Positions 8,594 through 19,528 of a stretch of DNA of 64,000 nt are shown here, one piece after another. Position 1 is the stretch's first letter. Every line of letters starts with the position of its first letter. The stretch comes from Syntrophales bacterium (GTDB lineage: Bacteria; Desulfobacterota; Syntrophia; Syntrophales; UBA6807). Location: NCBI GenBank assembly GCA_040767195.1, contig JAXGPA010000001.1:256001-320000 (forward strand). The letters run 5' to 3'. Under the pieces are notes generated by a model that saw only the letters and a list, made by a program, of their open reading frames with translations, was not told the DNA's origin and made no database searches. Both the position numbers and the translations under genes were made by a program.

Positions 8594-9541
8594 ATGGACG
8601 GGACCGGCGTCGTTTTCCCCGGCCAGGGTTCCCAGTATCCGGGAATGGGTCGTGACTTCTTCCTTCATTTCAGGGAAGGCCGCGACACCTTTGAAGAAGC
8701 CGGCGACACCCTGGGATGCGACATGGCCTCCCTGTGCCTGGAAGGCCCCAAGGAAAAGCTTGACCTCACGGTTAATACGCAAACGACGATTCTTACCGTC
8801 GACATCGCCGCATACCGGGTCTTTCGCAGCCGGACGGGTATTACCCCGGAGGTTTTCGCCGGACACAGCCTGGGCGAATACAGCGCCCTGTGCGCCGCCG
8901 GGGCGATTCGATTCTCCGACGCCCTGCGGCTCGTTCAAATCCGCGGAAGGCTCCAGCAGGAAGCGCTTTCCCCCGGCGCCGGCGCCATGGCGGCCGTCAT
9001 GGGCCTCTCACGGGAAGAAACGGAAACGGCCTGCCGCACCCTGTTATGGGAAACTGAAGAGGTTTTGGAAGTGACGGGCTACAACGCACCAGGCCAGTAC
9101 GTCGTTTCCGGCCACGCGGGGGCGGTGGAGGGCATGATCGGGAAACTGAAGCAGCGTAGAGGCACCGTGGCGATCCGCCTCCCCATCAGCGTGCCCTGCC
9201 ATTCCAGCCTTCTACGGGAAGCCGCGGAGCGCTTCCGGGAAACCCTGCTGGGCGTGCCCATTGATTCTTGCCGTATTCCCGTCATTCCCAATTGCGACCC
9301 TCACAGGCTGCACGATCGCGACAGCACGGTCGAACTTCTGGTCCGGCAGATCCACTCACCGGTGCGGTGGCAGGAGACCATCGAAAGAATGGCGGCCATG
9401 GGGGTCCGTGCCGTCGTCGAGGCGGGCCCGAAAAAAGTTCTTTCCGGGCTTGTCAGACGGATCGACGGAAATCTCCGGATCATGAACGTGGAAGACCGGG
9501 CGAGCCTCGAAAAAACGGCGGCCCTCCTGGGAAGGGCCTAG
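8594..9541 (+). CDS. fabD: Malonyl-CoA:ACP transacylase
   Basis: FPGQGSQ, GHSLGEY and SPVRW motifs. Confidence 0.95.
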   Translation: MDGTGVVFPGQGSQYPGMGRDFFLHFREGRDTFEEAGDTLGCDMASLCLEGPKEKLDLTVNTQTTILTVDIAAYRVFRSRTGITPEVFAGHSLGEYSALCAAGAIRFSDALRLVQIRGRLQQEALSPGAGAMAAVMGLSREETETACRTLLWETEEVLEVTGYNAPGQYVVSGHAGAVEGMIGKLKQRRGTVAIRLPISVPCHSSLLREAAERFRETLLGVPIDSCRIPVIPNCDPHRLHDRDSTVELLVRQIHSPVRWQETIERMAAMGVRAVVEAGPKKVLSGLVRRIDGNLRIMNVEDRASLEKTAALLGRA

Positions 9542-9547
9542 GCGGTC

Positions 9548-10291
9548 ATGGAAGGGAAAAGGACAAACGCGCTGGTCACGGGGGGGTCCCGGGGAATCGG
9601 CCGGGCCGTCGCCCGGGAACTGGCCCGGCGAGGCCACTTTGTCTGGATAAACTACCTCAAAAACGAAGCGGCGGCGATGGAGACACTCCGGGTCCTCCGG
9701 GAAGAAGGCGGAGACGGGGCCCTGGCGCCCTTCGACGTGGCCGATTACAACCTGACCCAGGCAGCCGTCGGAAAACTGATCGAGGCCCGGGGCTCCGTCG
9801 GTATTCTCGTCAACAACGCCGGCCGCTCCCGGGACGGGCTGATCGCGCGGGCCGGTGAAGCGGACTGGGAAGAAACGATAGGCCCCAACCTGAAGGGCGT
9901 TTTCAACTGCTGCCGGGCCGTTGTCCGGGACATGATGAAAAACCGATGGGGCCGGATTGTGAACATGACGTCCGTCGTGGCTGAATCGGGAAATCCCGGG
10001 CAATCCCTCTACGGCGCCTCCAAGGCGGGCGTGGTCGGTTTCACCCGGTCCCTGGCCCGGGAACTGGGCCCGAGAAATATCACGGTGAATGCCGTCAGTC
10101 CCGGCTTCATCGCCACGGAGATGACGGCGTCCCTCCCTCGTGCCGCCGTGGAAAAAATTATCGACATGCTTCCCCTGGGAAGGCCCGGGACGCCGGAAGA
10201 CGTGGCGGCGGCCGTCGCCTTTCTCACCACCGGGGAGGCCGGTTACATCACCGGGCAGGTGATCCACGTCAACGGCGGGCTTTACATGTAG
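9548..10291 (+). CDS. fabG: 3-oxoacyl-ACP reductase
   Basis: TGGSRGIG, NNAG, YGASK and VNGGLYM SDR motifs in fab context. Confidence 0.95.
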   Translation: MEGKRTNALVTGGSRGIGRAVARELARRGHFVWINYLKNEAAAMETLRVLREEGGDGALAPFDVADYNLTQAAVGKLIEARGSVGILVNNAGRSRDGLIARAGEADWEETIGPNLKGVFNCCRAVVRDMMKNRWGRIVNMTSVVAESGNPGQSLYGASKAGVVGFTRSLARELGPRNITVNAVSPGFIATEMTASLPRAAVEKIIDMLPLGRPGTPEDVAAAVAFLTTGEAGYITGQVIHVNGGLYM

Positions 10292-10336
10292 AAAGCCCCG
10301 CGGCAAAAGACTGGATAACATAACAGGAGGCATTTC

Positions 10337-10573
10337 ATGACCGTTGAAGAACAGGTAAGAAAACTCATCGTGGAGCAACTCAATGTCACGGAGGAGGAGT
10401 GTGTACTCGAAGCCTCCTTCGTCGACGACCTCGGCGCCGATTCCCTGGATCTCGTGGAACTTGTCATGGCCATGGAAGACCACTTCGGCATCGAAATTTC
10501 CGACGAGGAACTCATGAAGATCCGGACCATCCAGGACGCCGTGGACTACATCAGGAAGCGTCTCTCCCAGTAA
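10337..10573 (+). CDS. acpP: Acyl carrier protein
   Basis: [15 protein letters not shown] phosphopantetheine site. Confidence 0.97.
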   Translation: MTVEEQVRKLIVEQLNVTEEECVLEASFVDDLGADSLDLVELVMAMEDHFGIEISDEELMKIRTIQDAVDYIRKRLSQ

Positions 10574-10578
10574 GATCG

Positions 10579-11826
10579 ATGAACCGGAGCCGTAAAAGAG
10601 TCGTCGTCACCGGGATGGGCACCGTCAACCCCCTGGGAAATTCCGTACGGGATGCCTGGGAGGCCGCCTGCTCGGGCCGGTCGGGCATCGGACCCATCAC
10701 CCGCTTCGACCCGTCGGAATTTCGCACCCGGATCGCCGGAGAAATAAAAAATTTCGATCCTTCAGCCCTCTTCGGCGCCAAGGCGGTCAGGAGAACAGAC
10801 CCGTTTGTTCTCTACGCCCTGGCTTCCGCGGAAATGGCCTTCCTCGACGCCGGTTTCAAGGAAGGGGAAACCCTGGGCGACCGGGCGGGCGTCGTCATCG
10901 GCTCCGGCATCGGGGGGCTTTCGACAACGGAGAAAGAGAAGGAGACCCTGATGAAGCAGGGCCCCCGGAAGATCTCGCCCTTCACGATCCCCGCCGTCCT
11001 GCCCAACCTGGCCGCCGGCCAGGTCTCCATCCGGTACGGCGCCCGGGGACCGATCAGCTGCACCGTTACCGCCTGTGCCTCGGGAAGCAACGCCGTGGCG
11101 GACGCTTTCCAGGCCATCGCGGGGGGACGGGCGGACCTCATGATCACCGGGGGCGTGGAAGCCGCCGTGTGCCCCATGACCGTGGCGGGTTTCAACGCCA
11201 TGAGGGCTCTTTCCACGAAAAACGAAACGCCCGAAAAGGCCAGCCGGCCCTTTGACCGGGACAGGGACGGCTTCATCATTTCCGAAGGGGCGGGCATTCT
11301 CATCCTGGAGGAGCTTTCCCACGCCCTGAACCGGGGGGCGAAGATTTTCGCCGAGGTGGCGGGATACGCCGTGACGAGCGACGCTTTTCATGTGGCCGCC
11401 CCCCCGCCGGGGCACCCGGGGGCGGTGCGGGCCATGGAACTCGCCCTGAAGGATGCCGGTCTCAAGCCATCCGACATCGATTACATCAACGCCCACGGCA
11501 CCTCGACCCCGCTGAACGACCTTTTCGAGGTGGAGGCGATTCTGCAGGTCTTCGGAGACCGGGATGACCTTTCCGTGAGTTCCACCAAGTCCATGACGGG
11601 GCATCTCCTCGGCGCGGCGGGAGGCCTGGAATCGATTTTCACCGTTCTCGCCCTGGCCGAGGGAATCCTGCCGCCCACCGTCAACCTGGACAACCCGGAA
11701 AAGAAATGCCGCCTGGACTTCGTCCCCCATGTCTCCCGGAAAAGAAAAGTCCGGGCCGCCCTGTCCAACAGTTTCGGGTTCGGCGGCGTCAACGCCGTCC
11801 TCGCTTTCCGCAAATACGAGGAGTAG
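10579..11826 (+). CDS. fabF: Beta-ketoacyl-ACP synthase II
   Basis: RVVVTGMG, TACASG, NAHGTST, KSMTGHLLGAAG and SNSFGFGG motifs; start moved to ATG 10579. Confidence 0.96.
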   Translation: MNRSRKRVVVTGMGTVNPLGNSVRDAWEAACSGRSGIGPITRFDPSEFRTRIAGEIKNFDPSALFGAKAVRRTDPFVLYALASAEMAFLDAGFKEGETLGDRAGVVIGSGIGGLSTTEKEKETLMKQGPRKISPFTIPAVLPNLAAGQVSIRYGARGPISCTVTACASGSNAVADAFQAIAGGRADLMITGGVEAAVCPMTVAGFNAMRALSTKNETPEKASRPFDRDRDGFIISEGAGILILEELSHALNRGAKIFAEVAGYAVTSDAFHVAAPPPGHPGAVRAMELALKDAGLKPSDIDYINAHGTSTPLNDLFEVEAILQVFGDRDDLSVSSTKSMTGHLLGAAGGLESIFTVLALAEGILPPTVNLDNPEKKCRLDFVPHVSRKRKVRAALSNSFGFGGVNAVLAFRKYEE

Positions 11827-11834
11827 AGCCTGCC

Positions 11835-12275
11835 ATGCGTATCATGATCGCTTCTGACCACGCGGGATTTCCCCTGAAGCGGGACATCGCCGCCTTCCTG
11901 GCCAGGAAGGGACACCAGGTCCTCGACGCCGGTACGGACGGCGAAACGTCGGTGGATTACCCCGATTACGCCGAGCCTGTGGCCCGTTCCGTTGCCTCGG
12001 GCGCCCAGGACCGGGGTATCCTCATCTGCGGTTCCGGCATCGGAATGGCCATCACGGCGAACAAGGTCCCGGGAATCCGGGCCGTCGTGGCCCTGAATGT
12101 CGAAACGGCCCGACTGAGCCGGGCCCACAACGACACGAATGTCCTCGCCCTGGCGGGCCGGATGACGGGCGTCGAAGAGGCCCGGCAAATCGTCGAGACG
12201 TGGCTGGAAACGGCTTTCGAAGGAGGCCGTCACAACCAAAGGCTTGACAAAATTCGAAAAATGGAAAGAAAATGA
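11835..12275 (+). CDS. rpiB: Ribose 5-phosphate isomerase B
   Basis: ASDHAG, DYPD, CGSGIG and FEGGRH motifs; start ATG 11835. Confidence 0.95.
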   Translation: MRIMIASDHAGFPLKRDIAAFLARKGHQVLDAGTDGETSVDYPDYAEPVARSVASGAQDRGILICGSGIGMAITANKVPGIRAVVALNVETARLSRAHNDTNVLALAGRMTGVEEARQIVETWLETAFEGGRHNQRLDKIRKMERK

Positions 12276-12413
12276 AATGTTGTGCCCTTTCAAGGGCGGA
12301 GGTAAGCCGACTTTTTTCAAACCCCATTCAAGAAATCGATTTTCAAAGCGGTCATCGAGCGGCGTCGCCGCGCCCGTCCGACCCGAGGGAATCCGCACAG
12401 AGGAGGAAATGAC

Positions 12414-13688
12414 ATGTCGCATCTTTGGAAAACCGATCCTGAAATCGCCCGGGCCATTCTTCTGGAGGCGAAACGGCAGGCCGGCAAACTCGAAATGATC
12501 GCTTCGGAAAACTTTGTCAGCGAAGCCGTCCTGGAAGCCCAGGGCTCCATCATGACGAACAAGTACGCCGAAGGATACCCGGACAAGCGGTACTACGGGG
12601 GGTGCGAATTCGTGGACATCGCCGAGACGCTGGCCCGGGAACGGGCCGTAAAGCTCTTCGGCTGCGACCATGTGAACGTCCAGCCCCATTCGGGGACCCA
12701 GGCCAACATGGCCGTCTACTTCGCCGCCCTCCAGCCGGGAGACACCATACTGGGCATGAACCTGTCCCACGGGGGGCACCTTTCCCACGGAAGCCCGGCC
12801 AATTTTTCCGGCCGCCTTTACAAGGTCGTATCCTACGGCGTGGACCGGAAAACGGAGCGCATCGACTTCGATGAAGTAGCGTCGCAGGCCCGGGAACACA
12901 AGCCCAAGATGATCGTCGTCGGGGCCAGCGCCTACCCGAGAACCATCGATTTCCAGGCCTTTCGGGACATCGCCGACCGGACGGGGGCGATCATCATGGC
13001 CGACATCGCCCACATCGCCGGGCTGGTGGCCACGGGAATCCACCCCACGCCCGTTCCCGTCTGTGAATTCGTCACCACGACGACCCACAAGACCCTGCGC
13101 GGCCCCCGGGGCGGGATGATCATGTGCAAGGAAGCCTTTGCCAAGACCCTGGACAGCCGGGTTTTCCCGGGGAGCCAGGGGGGTCCCCTCATGCACGTCA
13201 TCGCCGCCAAGGCGGTAGCCTTTCAGGAGGCTCTCGGCCCCGATTTCCGGACATACCAGGAGCAGATCGTCCTGAACGCCCGGGCCCTGGCGGGGGAACT
13301 GACACGCCACGGGTTCCGCCTCGTATCGGGGGGAACGGACAACCACCTCATGCTGGTGGACCTGACGGAAAAAGGCATCACCGGCAAGGATGCCCAGGAG
13401 GCGCTGGACCGGGCGGGCATTACCGTGAACAAGAACGGGATTCCCTTCGACACCCGGGGCCCCCAGGTCACGAGCGGCGTCCGGATCGGCACACCGGCCC
13501 TGACATCGCGGGGCATGAAGGAAAAGGAAATGGCGATCATCGGCCAATGGATCGCCGACGTGGTTCACCACATCGAAAACGAGAAGAAAATCGAAGAGAT
13601 CAGGAACGACGTGGCGGCGCTGTGCGAGCGGTTCCCTCTTTACGGGGACCTGATCGCCGACCAGGAAAGCTTTTCCCGGAAATTCTGA
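12414..13688 (+). CDS. glyA: Serine hydroxymethyltransferase
   Basis: [13 protein letters not shown] and [13 protein letters not shown] (PLP lysine). Confidence 0.98.
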   Translation: MSHLWKTDPEIARAILLEAKRQAGKLEMIASENFVSEAVLEAQGSIMTNKYAEGYPDKRYYGGCEFVDIAETLARERAVKLFGCDHVNVQPHSGTQANMAVYFAALQPGDTILGMNLSHGGHLSHGSPANFSGRLYKVVSYGVDRKTERIDFDEVASQAREHKPKMIVVGASAYPRTIDFQAFRDIADRTGAIIMADIAHIAGLVATGIHPTPVPVCEFVTTTTHKTLRGPRGGMIMCKEAFAKTLDSRVFPGSQGGPLMHVIAAKAVAFQEALGPDFRTYQEQIVLNARALAGELTRHGFRLVSGGTDNHLMLVDLTEKGITGKDAQEALDRAGITVNKNGIPFDTRGPQVTSGVRIGTPALTSRGMKEKEMAIIGQWIADVVHHIENEKKIEEIRNDVAALCERFPLYGDLIADQESFSRKF

Positions 13689-13754
13689 AAACAAGGCGTT
13701 GCCCGGCGTCCTGTCCCGTCCCTTCGGGGCCGGCGGAAAAACCGAAAAAGACCG

Positions 13755-14264
13755 GTGATCCCGAACGCTGTCCACCTGATCGAAAGGATGTGTGTCTTGG
13801 AAAGAAACACGCCCCTTCCCTCCGCCGAGAGACCGAGCTGGGAACAGTATTTCATGGACATCGTGGAAATCGTTTCCCGGCGTTCCACCTGCCTTCGAAG
13901 AAAGGTGGGGGCCATCCTCGTCCGGGACAAGCGCATCCTGGCCACGGGATACAACGGGGCGCCGACGGGACTCCGACACTGCCTCGAGAGGGGGTGTCTG
14001 AGGGACGAGCTGCAGATCCCATCGGGAGAACGGCACGAGCTTTGCCGGGGGCTTCACGCGGAGCAGAACGCCATCATACAGGCGGCCCTCCACGGGGTGA
14101 GCGTCAGGGGAGCGGTCCTTTACTGTACCAACCACCCCTGCATCATCTGCTCGAAGATGATCGTCAACTCGGGAATCACGGGCATTGTTTTCCGGGAGGG
14201 ATACAGCGACCGTCTTTCCGAGGAAATTTTGAGAGAAGCGGCGATTCCGGTGCGGAAATTATGA
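13755..14264 (+). CDS. dCMP deaminase / ComEB-like zinc-dependent deaminase (start uncertain, possibly 13788 or later)
   Basis: [26 protein letters not shown] and PCxxC motifs. Confidence 0.9.
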   Translation: MIPNAVHLIERMCVLERNTPLPSAERPSWEQYFMDIVEIVSRRSTCLRRKVGAILVRDKRILATGYNGAPTGLRHCLERGCLRDELQIPSGERHELCRGLHAEQNAIIQAALHGVSVRGAVLYCTNHPCIICSKMIVNSGITGIVFREGYSDRLSEEILREAAIPVRKL

Positions 14265-14731
14265 AATGCCCTTTCTGCGGCAACGGGGAAAACAAGGTCA
14301 TCGATTCCCGGATCAGCAAGGAAGGAAACGCCATCCGGAGGCGGCGGGAGTGCCTGTCCTGCGGAAAACGCTTCACCACTTATGAATACGTGGAGGAAGT
14401 CCTCCCCGTGGTGGTGAAAAAGGACGGCCGGCGGGAACCCTTCGAGCGGGAGAAGATCCGTTCAGGCATCAAGAAGGCCTGCGAGAAAAGGGCCATCAGC
14501 ATGGACAGGATCGACGGGGTGGTGGACCGGGTCGAGCAGGCCTGCCAGGAATCCCAGCAGAAGGAAATCTCCTCCGCCGAAATCGGTGAAAAGGTCATGG
14601 AAGAACTTCATCGCCTCGACGGGGTGGCCTACGTCCGTTTCGCTTCCGTTTACCGCCGGTTCAAGGACGCCGGCGATTTTCTCGATGAGCTGACGGCCTT
14701 CATCAGGAGCCAGGGAGAAGGGGAAAAATAA
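14261..14731 (+). CDS. nrdR: Transcriptional repressor NrdR
   Basis: [34 protein letters not shown] cone, [12 protein letters not shown] at 14261. Confidence 0.97.
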   Translation: MKCPFCGNGENKVIDSRISKEGNAIRRRRECLSCGKRFTTYEYVEEVLPVVVKKDGRREPFEREKIRSGIKKACEKRAISMDRIDGVVDRVEQACQESQQKEISSAEIGEKVMEELHRLDGVAYVRFASVYRRFKDAGDFLDELTAFIRSQGEGEK

Positions 14732-15369
14732 TGTTTACGGGAATCATCGAGGCCCTTGGAACCGTGAAGGGGCTGAAAAGACAGGGTCTCGACGGGATCC
14801 TGGAAATCGAGACGGCCATGGGGCTGGATGATGTGGCCCTGGGGGACAGCATCGCCGTTTCCGGCGTCTGCCTCACCGTCACCGGGAAGAACGTCCGGGG
14901 GTTCAGGGCCGACGTGTCCGGGGAAACCCTCTCGAGAACGACCCTGGACGACATGGCCGCCGGCAACCTGGTGAACCTGGAAAAGGCGCTCCGCCTCAAT
15001 TCGTTCCTGGGGGGGCATTTCGTCCTCGGTCACGTGGACGGGACGGCCCGGATCCGGGAAAAAACAGCCCGCTCCAACTCCATCCTTTTCGGCTTCGAAA
15101 CGGCGCCGGGTCTTTCCAGGTACATCGTGGAAAAAGGCTCCATCACGGTGGACGGCATCAGCCTCACCGTAAACAGGTGTGAAAAAACCCTTTTTTATGT
15201 TAATATCGTCCCCCACACGGCGGAGAGAACCACCCTCCGATACCGGAAAATCGGGGACCGGGTCAACATCGAGACGGATATCCTGGGAAAGTACATCGAA
15301 AAATTCCTCCAGCCGGGAACGGGTCTCGACGAGGACTTTCTGAAGAAGCACGGATTCATGGGATCATGA
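14731..15369 (+). CDS. ribE: Riboflavin synthase (alpha chain)
   Basis: MFTGII N-terminus, GGHFVLGHVDG, KGSITVDGISLTVN. Confidence 0.96.
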   Translation: MFTGIIEALGTVKGLKRQGLDGILEIETAMGLDDVALGDSIAVSGVCLTVTGKNVRGFRADVSGETLSRTTLDDMAAGNLVNLEKALRLNSFLGGHFVLGHVDGTARIREKTARSNSILFGFETAPGLSRYIVEKGSITVDGISLTVNRCEKTLFYVNIVPHTAERTTLRYRKIGDRVNIETDILGKYIEKFLQPGTGLDEDFLKKHGFMGS

Positions 15370-15424
15370 CCTTTCAGGGGAATGGCGACGGCCGCCCCGA
15401 ATAAAATAAAAAGAGGAAGAAAAC

Positions 15425-16627
15425 ATGCCCGTATGCACCGTTGAAGAAGCCATCGACGATATACGAAATGGCCGGATGATCATTCTTGTGGATGACGAGG
15501 ACCGGGAGAACGAAGGGGACCTGTGCATGGCCGCCCAGTTCATCACCCCGGAAAGCATTAACTTCATGGCCAAGCACGGCCGCGGACTGATCTGCCTCAC
15601 CCTGGCCGACGAGATGGCGGACCGCCTGGAGCTTCCCCTCATGGTTCGCCGGAACGAGTCCCGCTTCGGAACGGCTTTCACGGTCTCCGTGGAAGCGAAA
15701 AAAGGGGTCACCACGGGCATCTCCGCCGCCGACCGGGCCACGACCATCCAGGTGGCCGTGGCTGACGGCGCCACAGCGGACGACCTGGTCAGCCCGGGAC
15801 ACGTGTTCCCCATCCGTGCCCGCAGGGGCGGCGTTCTCGTCCGGACGGGCCAGACGGAAGGGTCGGTGGACCTGGCCCGGCTGGCGGGGCTCAAGCACGC
15901 CGGGGTAATCTGCGAAATCATGAAAGACGACGGGACCATGGCCCGCATGCCCGATCTGGAAGTCTTCGCCGGGGAGCACAACCTCAAGATCTGCACCATA
16001 GCGGACATCATCCAGTTCCGCATGCGCAACGAGATGTTGGTCCGGCGGGCGGCGGAAGCGACGCTCCCCACCCGGTACGGCGGAACCTTCAGGATCATTG
16101 TCTACGAAAACGACGTAGACCGGATGAAACACGTGGCCCTGGTCAAGGGGGATATCCATCCCGACGACGAGGTTCTCGTCCGGGTTCACTCGGAGTGTCT
16201 CACCGGCGACGTTTTCGGGTCGGACCGCTGCGACTGCGGCGAACAGCTCCACACGGCCATGAAGATGGTGGACAAAGAAGGAAAGGGCGTTATCGTCTAC
16301 ATGCACCAGGAAGGGCGCGGAATCGGTCTCGCCAACAAGATAAAGGCCTACAATCTCCAGGAACATGGCCGGGACACCGTGGAAGCGAACATCGAGCTGG
16401 GATTCAAGGAGGACCTCCGGGACTATGGCATCGGCGCCCAGATCCTTGTCGACACGGGCGTCCGGAAGATGCGGCTTCTGACGAACAACCCGAAGAAAAT
16501 CGTCGGTCTCGAAGGGTACGGCGTCACCGTGGTGGACCGGGTGCCCATCGAGATCCCCCCGACCCGGGAAAGTGTGCACTACCTGACGACCAAAAAGGAA
16601 AAAATGGGGCACCTCCTGAACATTTGA
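15425..16627 (+). CDS. ribBA: Bifunctional DHBP synthase / GTP cyclohydrolase II
   Basis: DDEDRENEGD, RVHSECLTGDVFGSDRCDCG and QEGRGIGL motifs. Confidence 0.97.
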   Translation: MPVCTVEEAIDDIRNGRMIILVDDEDRENEGDLCMAAQFITPESINFMAKHGRGLICLTLADEMADRLELPLMVRRNESRFGTAFTVSVEAKKGVTTGISAADRATTIQVAVADGATADDLVSPGHVFPIRARRGGVLVRTGQTEGSVDLARLAGLKHAGVICEIMKDDGTMARMPDLEVFAGEHNLKICTIADIIQFRMRNEMLVRRAAEATLPTRYGGTFRIIVYENDVDRMKHVALVKGDIHPDDEVLVRVHSECLTGDVFGSDRCDCGEQLHTAMKMVDKEGKGVIVYMHQEGRGIGLANKIKAYNLQEHGRDTVEANIELGFKEDLRDYGIGAQILVDTGVRKMRLLTNNPKKIVGLEGYGVTVVDRVPIEIPPTRESVHYLTTKKEKMGHLLNI

Positions 16628-16707
16628 GGGCATTTCCGCCCTCCGGGACGCTTTTTCGATAAACGCCGCACGATTAGAAAGACACCGCAGGAGAAAGGAA
16701 GGGGATC

Positions 16708-17172
16708 ATGGCAAAACTGACGGAAGGGAAGATCGTCGCCAAAGGGCTCAAGTTCGGGATCGTGGCGAGCCGTTTCAACGATTTCATCTGCGGCCGGCTT
16801 GTCGAAGGCGCCCTGGACGCCCTGAAGCGGGCCGGGGCCGACGATCAGGATATCGAGATATTCAAGGTTCCCGGGGCCTTCGAAATCCCCATGGCGGCAA
16901 GGAAGATCGTCAGGAGCGGCCGTTTCGATGCCGTCATCTGTCTCGGGGCCGTTATCCGGGGATCGACCCCCCACTTCGAGTACATCAGTGCCGAAGTGAC
17001 CAAGGGGATCGCCGCCGTATCCCTGGAAACGGAGGTTCCCATAGCCTTCGGCGTACTCACGACGGACACCATCGAGCAGGCCATCGAGCGGGCGGGAACG
17101 AAGGCGGGAAACAAGGGGTGGGACGCCGCCCTGTCGGCCATTGAAATGGCCAATCTTTTCAAGCTCCTGTAA
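16708..17172 (+). CDS. ribH: 6,7-dimethyl-8-ribityllumazine synthase
   Basis: [19 protein letters not shown] and NKGWDAA motifs. Confidence 0.97.
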   Translation: MAKLTEGKIVAKGLKFGIVASRFNDFICGRLVEGALDALKRAGADDQDIEIFKVPGAFEIPMAARKIVRSGRFDAVICLGAVIRGSTPHFEYISAEVTKGIAAVSLETEVPIAFGVLTTDTIEQAIERAGTKAGNKGWDAALSAIEMANLFKLL

Positions 17173-17186
17173 CACGCGGAGAAGCA

Positions 17187-17627
17187 ATGGGACGAAGAAG
17201 GAAGGCACGGGAAATCGCCCTTCAGGTTCTTTACCAGATCGATGTCACGGGACTTCCCCCGGGAGAGGCCATGGATCTCTTCTGGGAACACTTCGACGCC
17301 CCCGACTACGCGCGCCCTTTCTGCGCCCGGTTGATCGAGGGGACGCGGGAACACCGGGACGCCATCGACGAACGCATTCGGGGGGTTTCCTCGAACTGGT
17401 CCATGGAACGGATGGCCATCGTGGACCGGAACATCCTCAGAATGGCCGTCTTTGAACTCCTCTACTGCCGGGACATCCCGCCGAAGGTGGCCATCAACGA
17501 GGCGATCGACCTGGGAAAGGAATACGGAACGGAAAACTCCGGTTCCTTCATCAACGGTATCCTCGATGCCCTTTTCGGCAACCTGCAGGAGAACCATGGA
17601 CATCAGGATATCATCGGCGCCCGTTGA
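17187..17627 (+). CDS. nusB: Transcription antitermination factor NusB
   Basis: RRKAREIALQVLY, DRNILR, VAINEAIDLGKEYG and FINGILD motifs. Confidence 0.96.
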   Translation: MGRRRKAREIALQVLYQIDVTGLPPGEAMDLFWEHFDAPDYARPFCARLIEGTREHRDAIDERIRGVSSNWSMERMAIVDRNILRMAVFELLYCRDIPPKVAINEAIDLGKEYGTENSGSFINGILDALFGNLQENHGHQDIIGAR

Positions 17628-18144
17628 AGAGCTGGAACACGAGGGGCTCGCCGTTACCTTCTATTCCGACGAGAGACCCCCGAGGGGCTTCTGCGGAAAC
17701 GTGGACTGGCGGATGAACGGCCTCATCTCCCGGTACATGTCGGGCGGCGTGATCACGGGAAAATTCCTGGAACGGGTCCTTTTCACCCCCTACCGGATCG
17801 GCTGCGGAAAACTCTTCCTCTTCGGCATGGGAAACCGGGAAGACCTGACGGAGGAGCGGATGCGCTCCCTGGGACGGGACATGGGCGCCGCCCTCTCGGC
17901 CGCCGGCATCTGCCGCGTCGCCTGCCACATGACGGGAACCTTCCCCGTGCCCCTGCCCCCATCCGAAATGACCGCCTGCGCCCTGTCAGGCCTGATCGAG
18001 AGCTATGCCGGGGTCGACCGTCAAACTCCCGTGGACATCACCTGTATCGCCCACCCGGCGGATCTCCGGGATGAAATCCTGGTCGGGTTGAACCGGCTGA
18101 AAGGAGCGGCGGAGAGGGCGTCCGCCATCCGCATTCATCAGTGA
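17596..18144 (+). CDS. Stand-alone M17 leucyl-aminopeptidase N-terminal-like domain protein
   Basis: DERPPRGFCGNVDWRMNGLISR and KLFLFGMG resemble the M17 N-terminal (macro-like) domain; ATG 17596 with GGAG RBS. Confidence 0.65.
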   Translation: MDIRISSAPVEELEHEGLAVTFYSDERPPRGFCGNVDWRMNGLISRYMSGGVITGKFLERVLFTPYRIGCGKLFLFGMGNREDLTEERMRSLGRDMGAALSAAGICRVACHMTGTFPVPLPPSEMTACALSGLIESYAGVDRQTPVDITCIAHPADLRDEILVGLNRLKGAAERASAIRIHQ

Positions 18145-18160
18145 CGACGAGGGATCGGTC

Positions 18161-19528
18161 ATGAGAATTATCGTCATCGGCGCCGGGGAAGTGGGATACA
18201 ACATATCGGACATCCTGTCCCGGGAGGGCAACGACGTCGTCATCATCGACAGGAACGAGGAGCGCCTCAAGGAGGTGGCGGAGAACATCGATGTCCAGAC
18301 CCTCCAGGGCAGCGGCAGCAGCCCCGACATCCTGAAAAAAGCGCGCCTTGACCAGTCGGACATGATCGTCGCCGTCACGGACAGCGACGAAACGAACATC
18401 GTCGCCTGCCTTCTCGCCGCCGTCCAGTCCCGGGCGATCCTGAAAATCGCCCGTATCCGGAATCCCGATCTCAACAGAGACACGAAGATTTTCGACAGGA
18501 ACCACCTGGGCATCGATCTTTGCATCAACCCGGAGCGGGAAGCGGTGACGAGCATCATCAGCCTCATGGAATTTCCGGGCGCGTCGGAAATCATCGATTT
18601 CGCCGAGGGAAGGATCAAGCTCGCCGCCTTTTACGTCAACGGAAAGTGCGAAGCCCTGGGAAAGGAGCTCCGGGACGTGAAGAACAGCTGGGGCGCCCAG
18701 GATTTCCTGGTGGCTTCCATCACCCGGAACGGGGAACCCATCGTTCCCACGGGAAAGACGGTTCTCCAGGAAAACGATTACCTTTTCGTCCTGTCCGAAT
18801 CCCAGAACGTAAGAAATATCCTGCGTTTTTTCGGTAAGGACATGGCCCCGCCCCAGAGAGTTTTCATCATGGGCGGGGGCAACACGGCTCTCATGCTGTC
18901 GGAAGCCCTTGAAAAAAAGGGACTTCTTCTCAAAATCGTGGAAAAGCGGCAGGACCGCTGCGACTATCTCGCCTCGGTCCTGGACAAGGCGGTGATCCTT
19001 CACGGCGACGGCACGAGCCAGGACCTCCTGAAGGAGGAAAACATCCAGGACGCCGACTATTTCATCGCCGTGACCAATGACGAGGAGGCCAACATCCTGG
19101 GAGCCCTCCTGGCCAAGCAGCTGGGCGCCCGGAAAGCCATCGCTCTCATCAACCGGGTCGATTACACCCACCTGGTGCCCTTCGTGGGCATTGACGCCGT
19201 CATGAACCCCCGGCAGGCCACGATCAGCAAGATCCTGCACTTCATCCGGAAGGGAAAGATCATTTCGGCCACCCCGCTGCGGGACGAAAAAGCGGAAGCG
19301 GTGGAATTCATCGCCCTCGAGACGTCGGAAATCACCAAAAAACCCCTCAAGAACATCAAGTTTCCCAAGGGGGCCATCGTCGGCGCCATCCTGCGGAACG
19401 ACAAAGTCAGGATTCCCTGGGGGGATTCGGTCATCGAGCCCGGCGACCGGGTCATTCTCTTCACCCTTCGGTCCGTCATCCCCCAGATGGAAAAGTTTTT
19501 GACCGTCAAGCTCGATTACTTCGCATGA
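18161..19528 (+). CDS. trkA: Trk potassium uptake NAD-binding subunit
   Basis: Two RCK domains (IVIGAGEVG; IMGGGN), 455 aa. Confidence 0.95.
   Translation: MRIIVIGAGEVGYNISDILSREGNDVVIIDRNEERLKEVAENIDVQTLQGSGSSPDILKKARLDQSDMIVAVTDSDETNIVACLLAAVQSRAILKIARIRNPDLNRDTKIFDRNHLGIDLCINPEREAVTSIISLMEFPGASEIIDFAEGRIKLAAFYVNGKCEALGKELRDVKNSWGAQDFLVASITRNGEPIVPTGKTVLQENDYLFVLSESQNVRNILRFFGKDMAPPQRVFIMGGGNTALMLSEALEKKGLLLKIVEKRQDRCDYLASVLDKAVILHGDGTSQDLLKEENIQDADYFIAVTNDEEANILGALLAKQLGARKAIALINRVDYTHLVPFVGIDAVMNPRQATISKILHFIRKGKIISATPLRDEKAEAVEFIALETSEITKKPLKNIKFPKGAIVGAILRNDKVRIPWGDSVIEPGDRVILFTLRSVIPQMEKFLTVKLDYFA

Noticed and set aside
11481..14135. 884-aa minus-strand ORF, and similar long antisense ORFs (19516-22356, 59684-62164, 1855-3141)
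   Set aside because: They are shadows of well-supported genes on the opposite strand, expected with high GC3 codon bias, and contain no recognisable motifs
13755..14264. Deaminase as a substitute for the missing RibD
   Set aside because: Its motifs (RPSW..YFM, RSTC.RR, extra Cys) are those of dCMP deaminase/ComEB, which normally sits between glyA and nrdR even when ribD is present
13124..14731. 535-aa ORF suggesting a long N-terminal extension of NrdR
   Set aside because: The extension overlaps glyA and the deaminase in another frame and is low-complexity; the real start is ATG 14261
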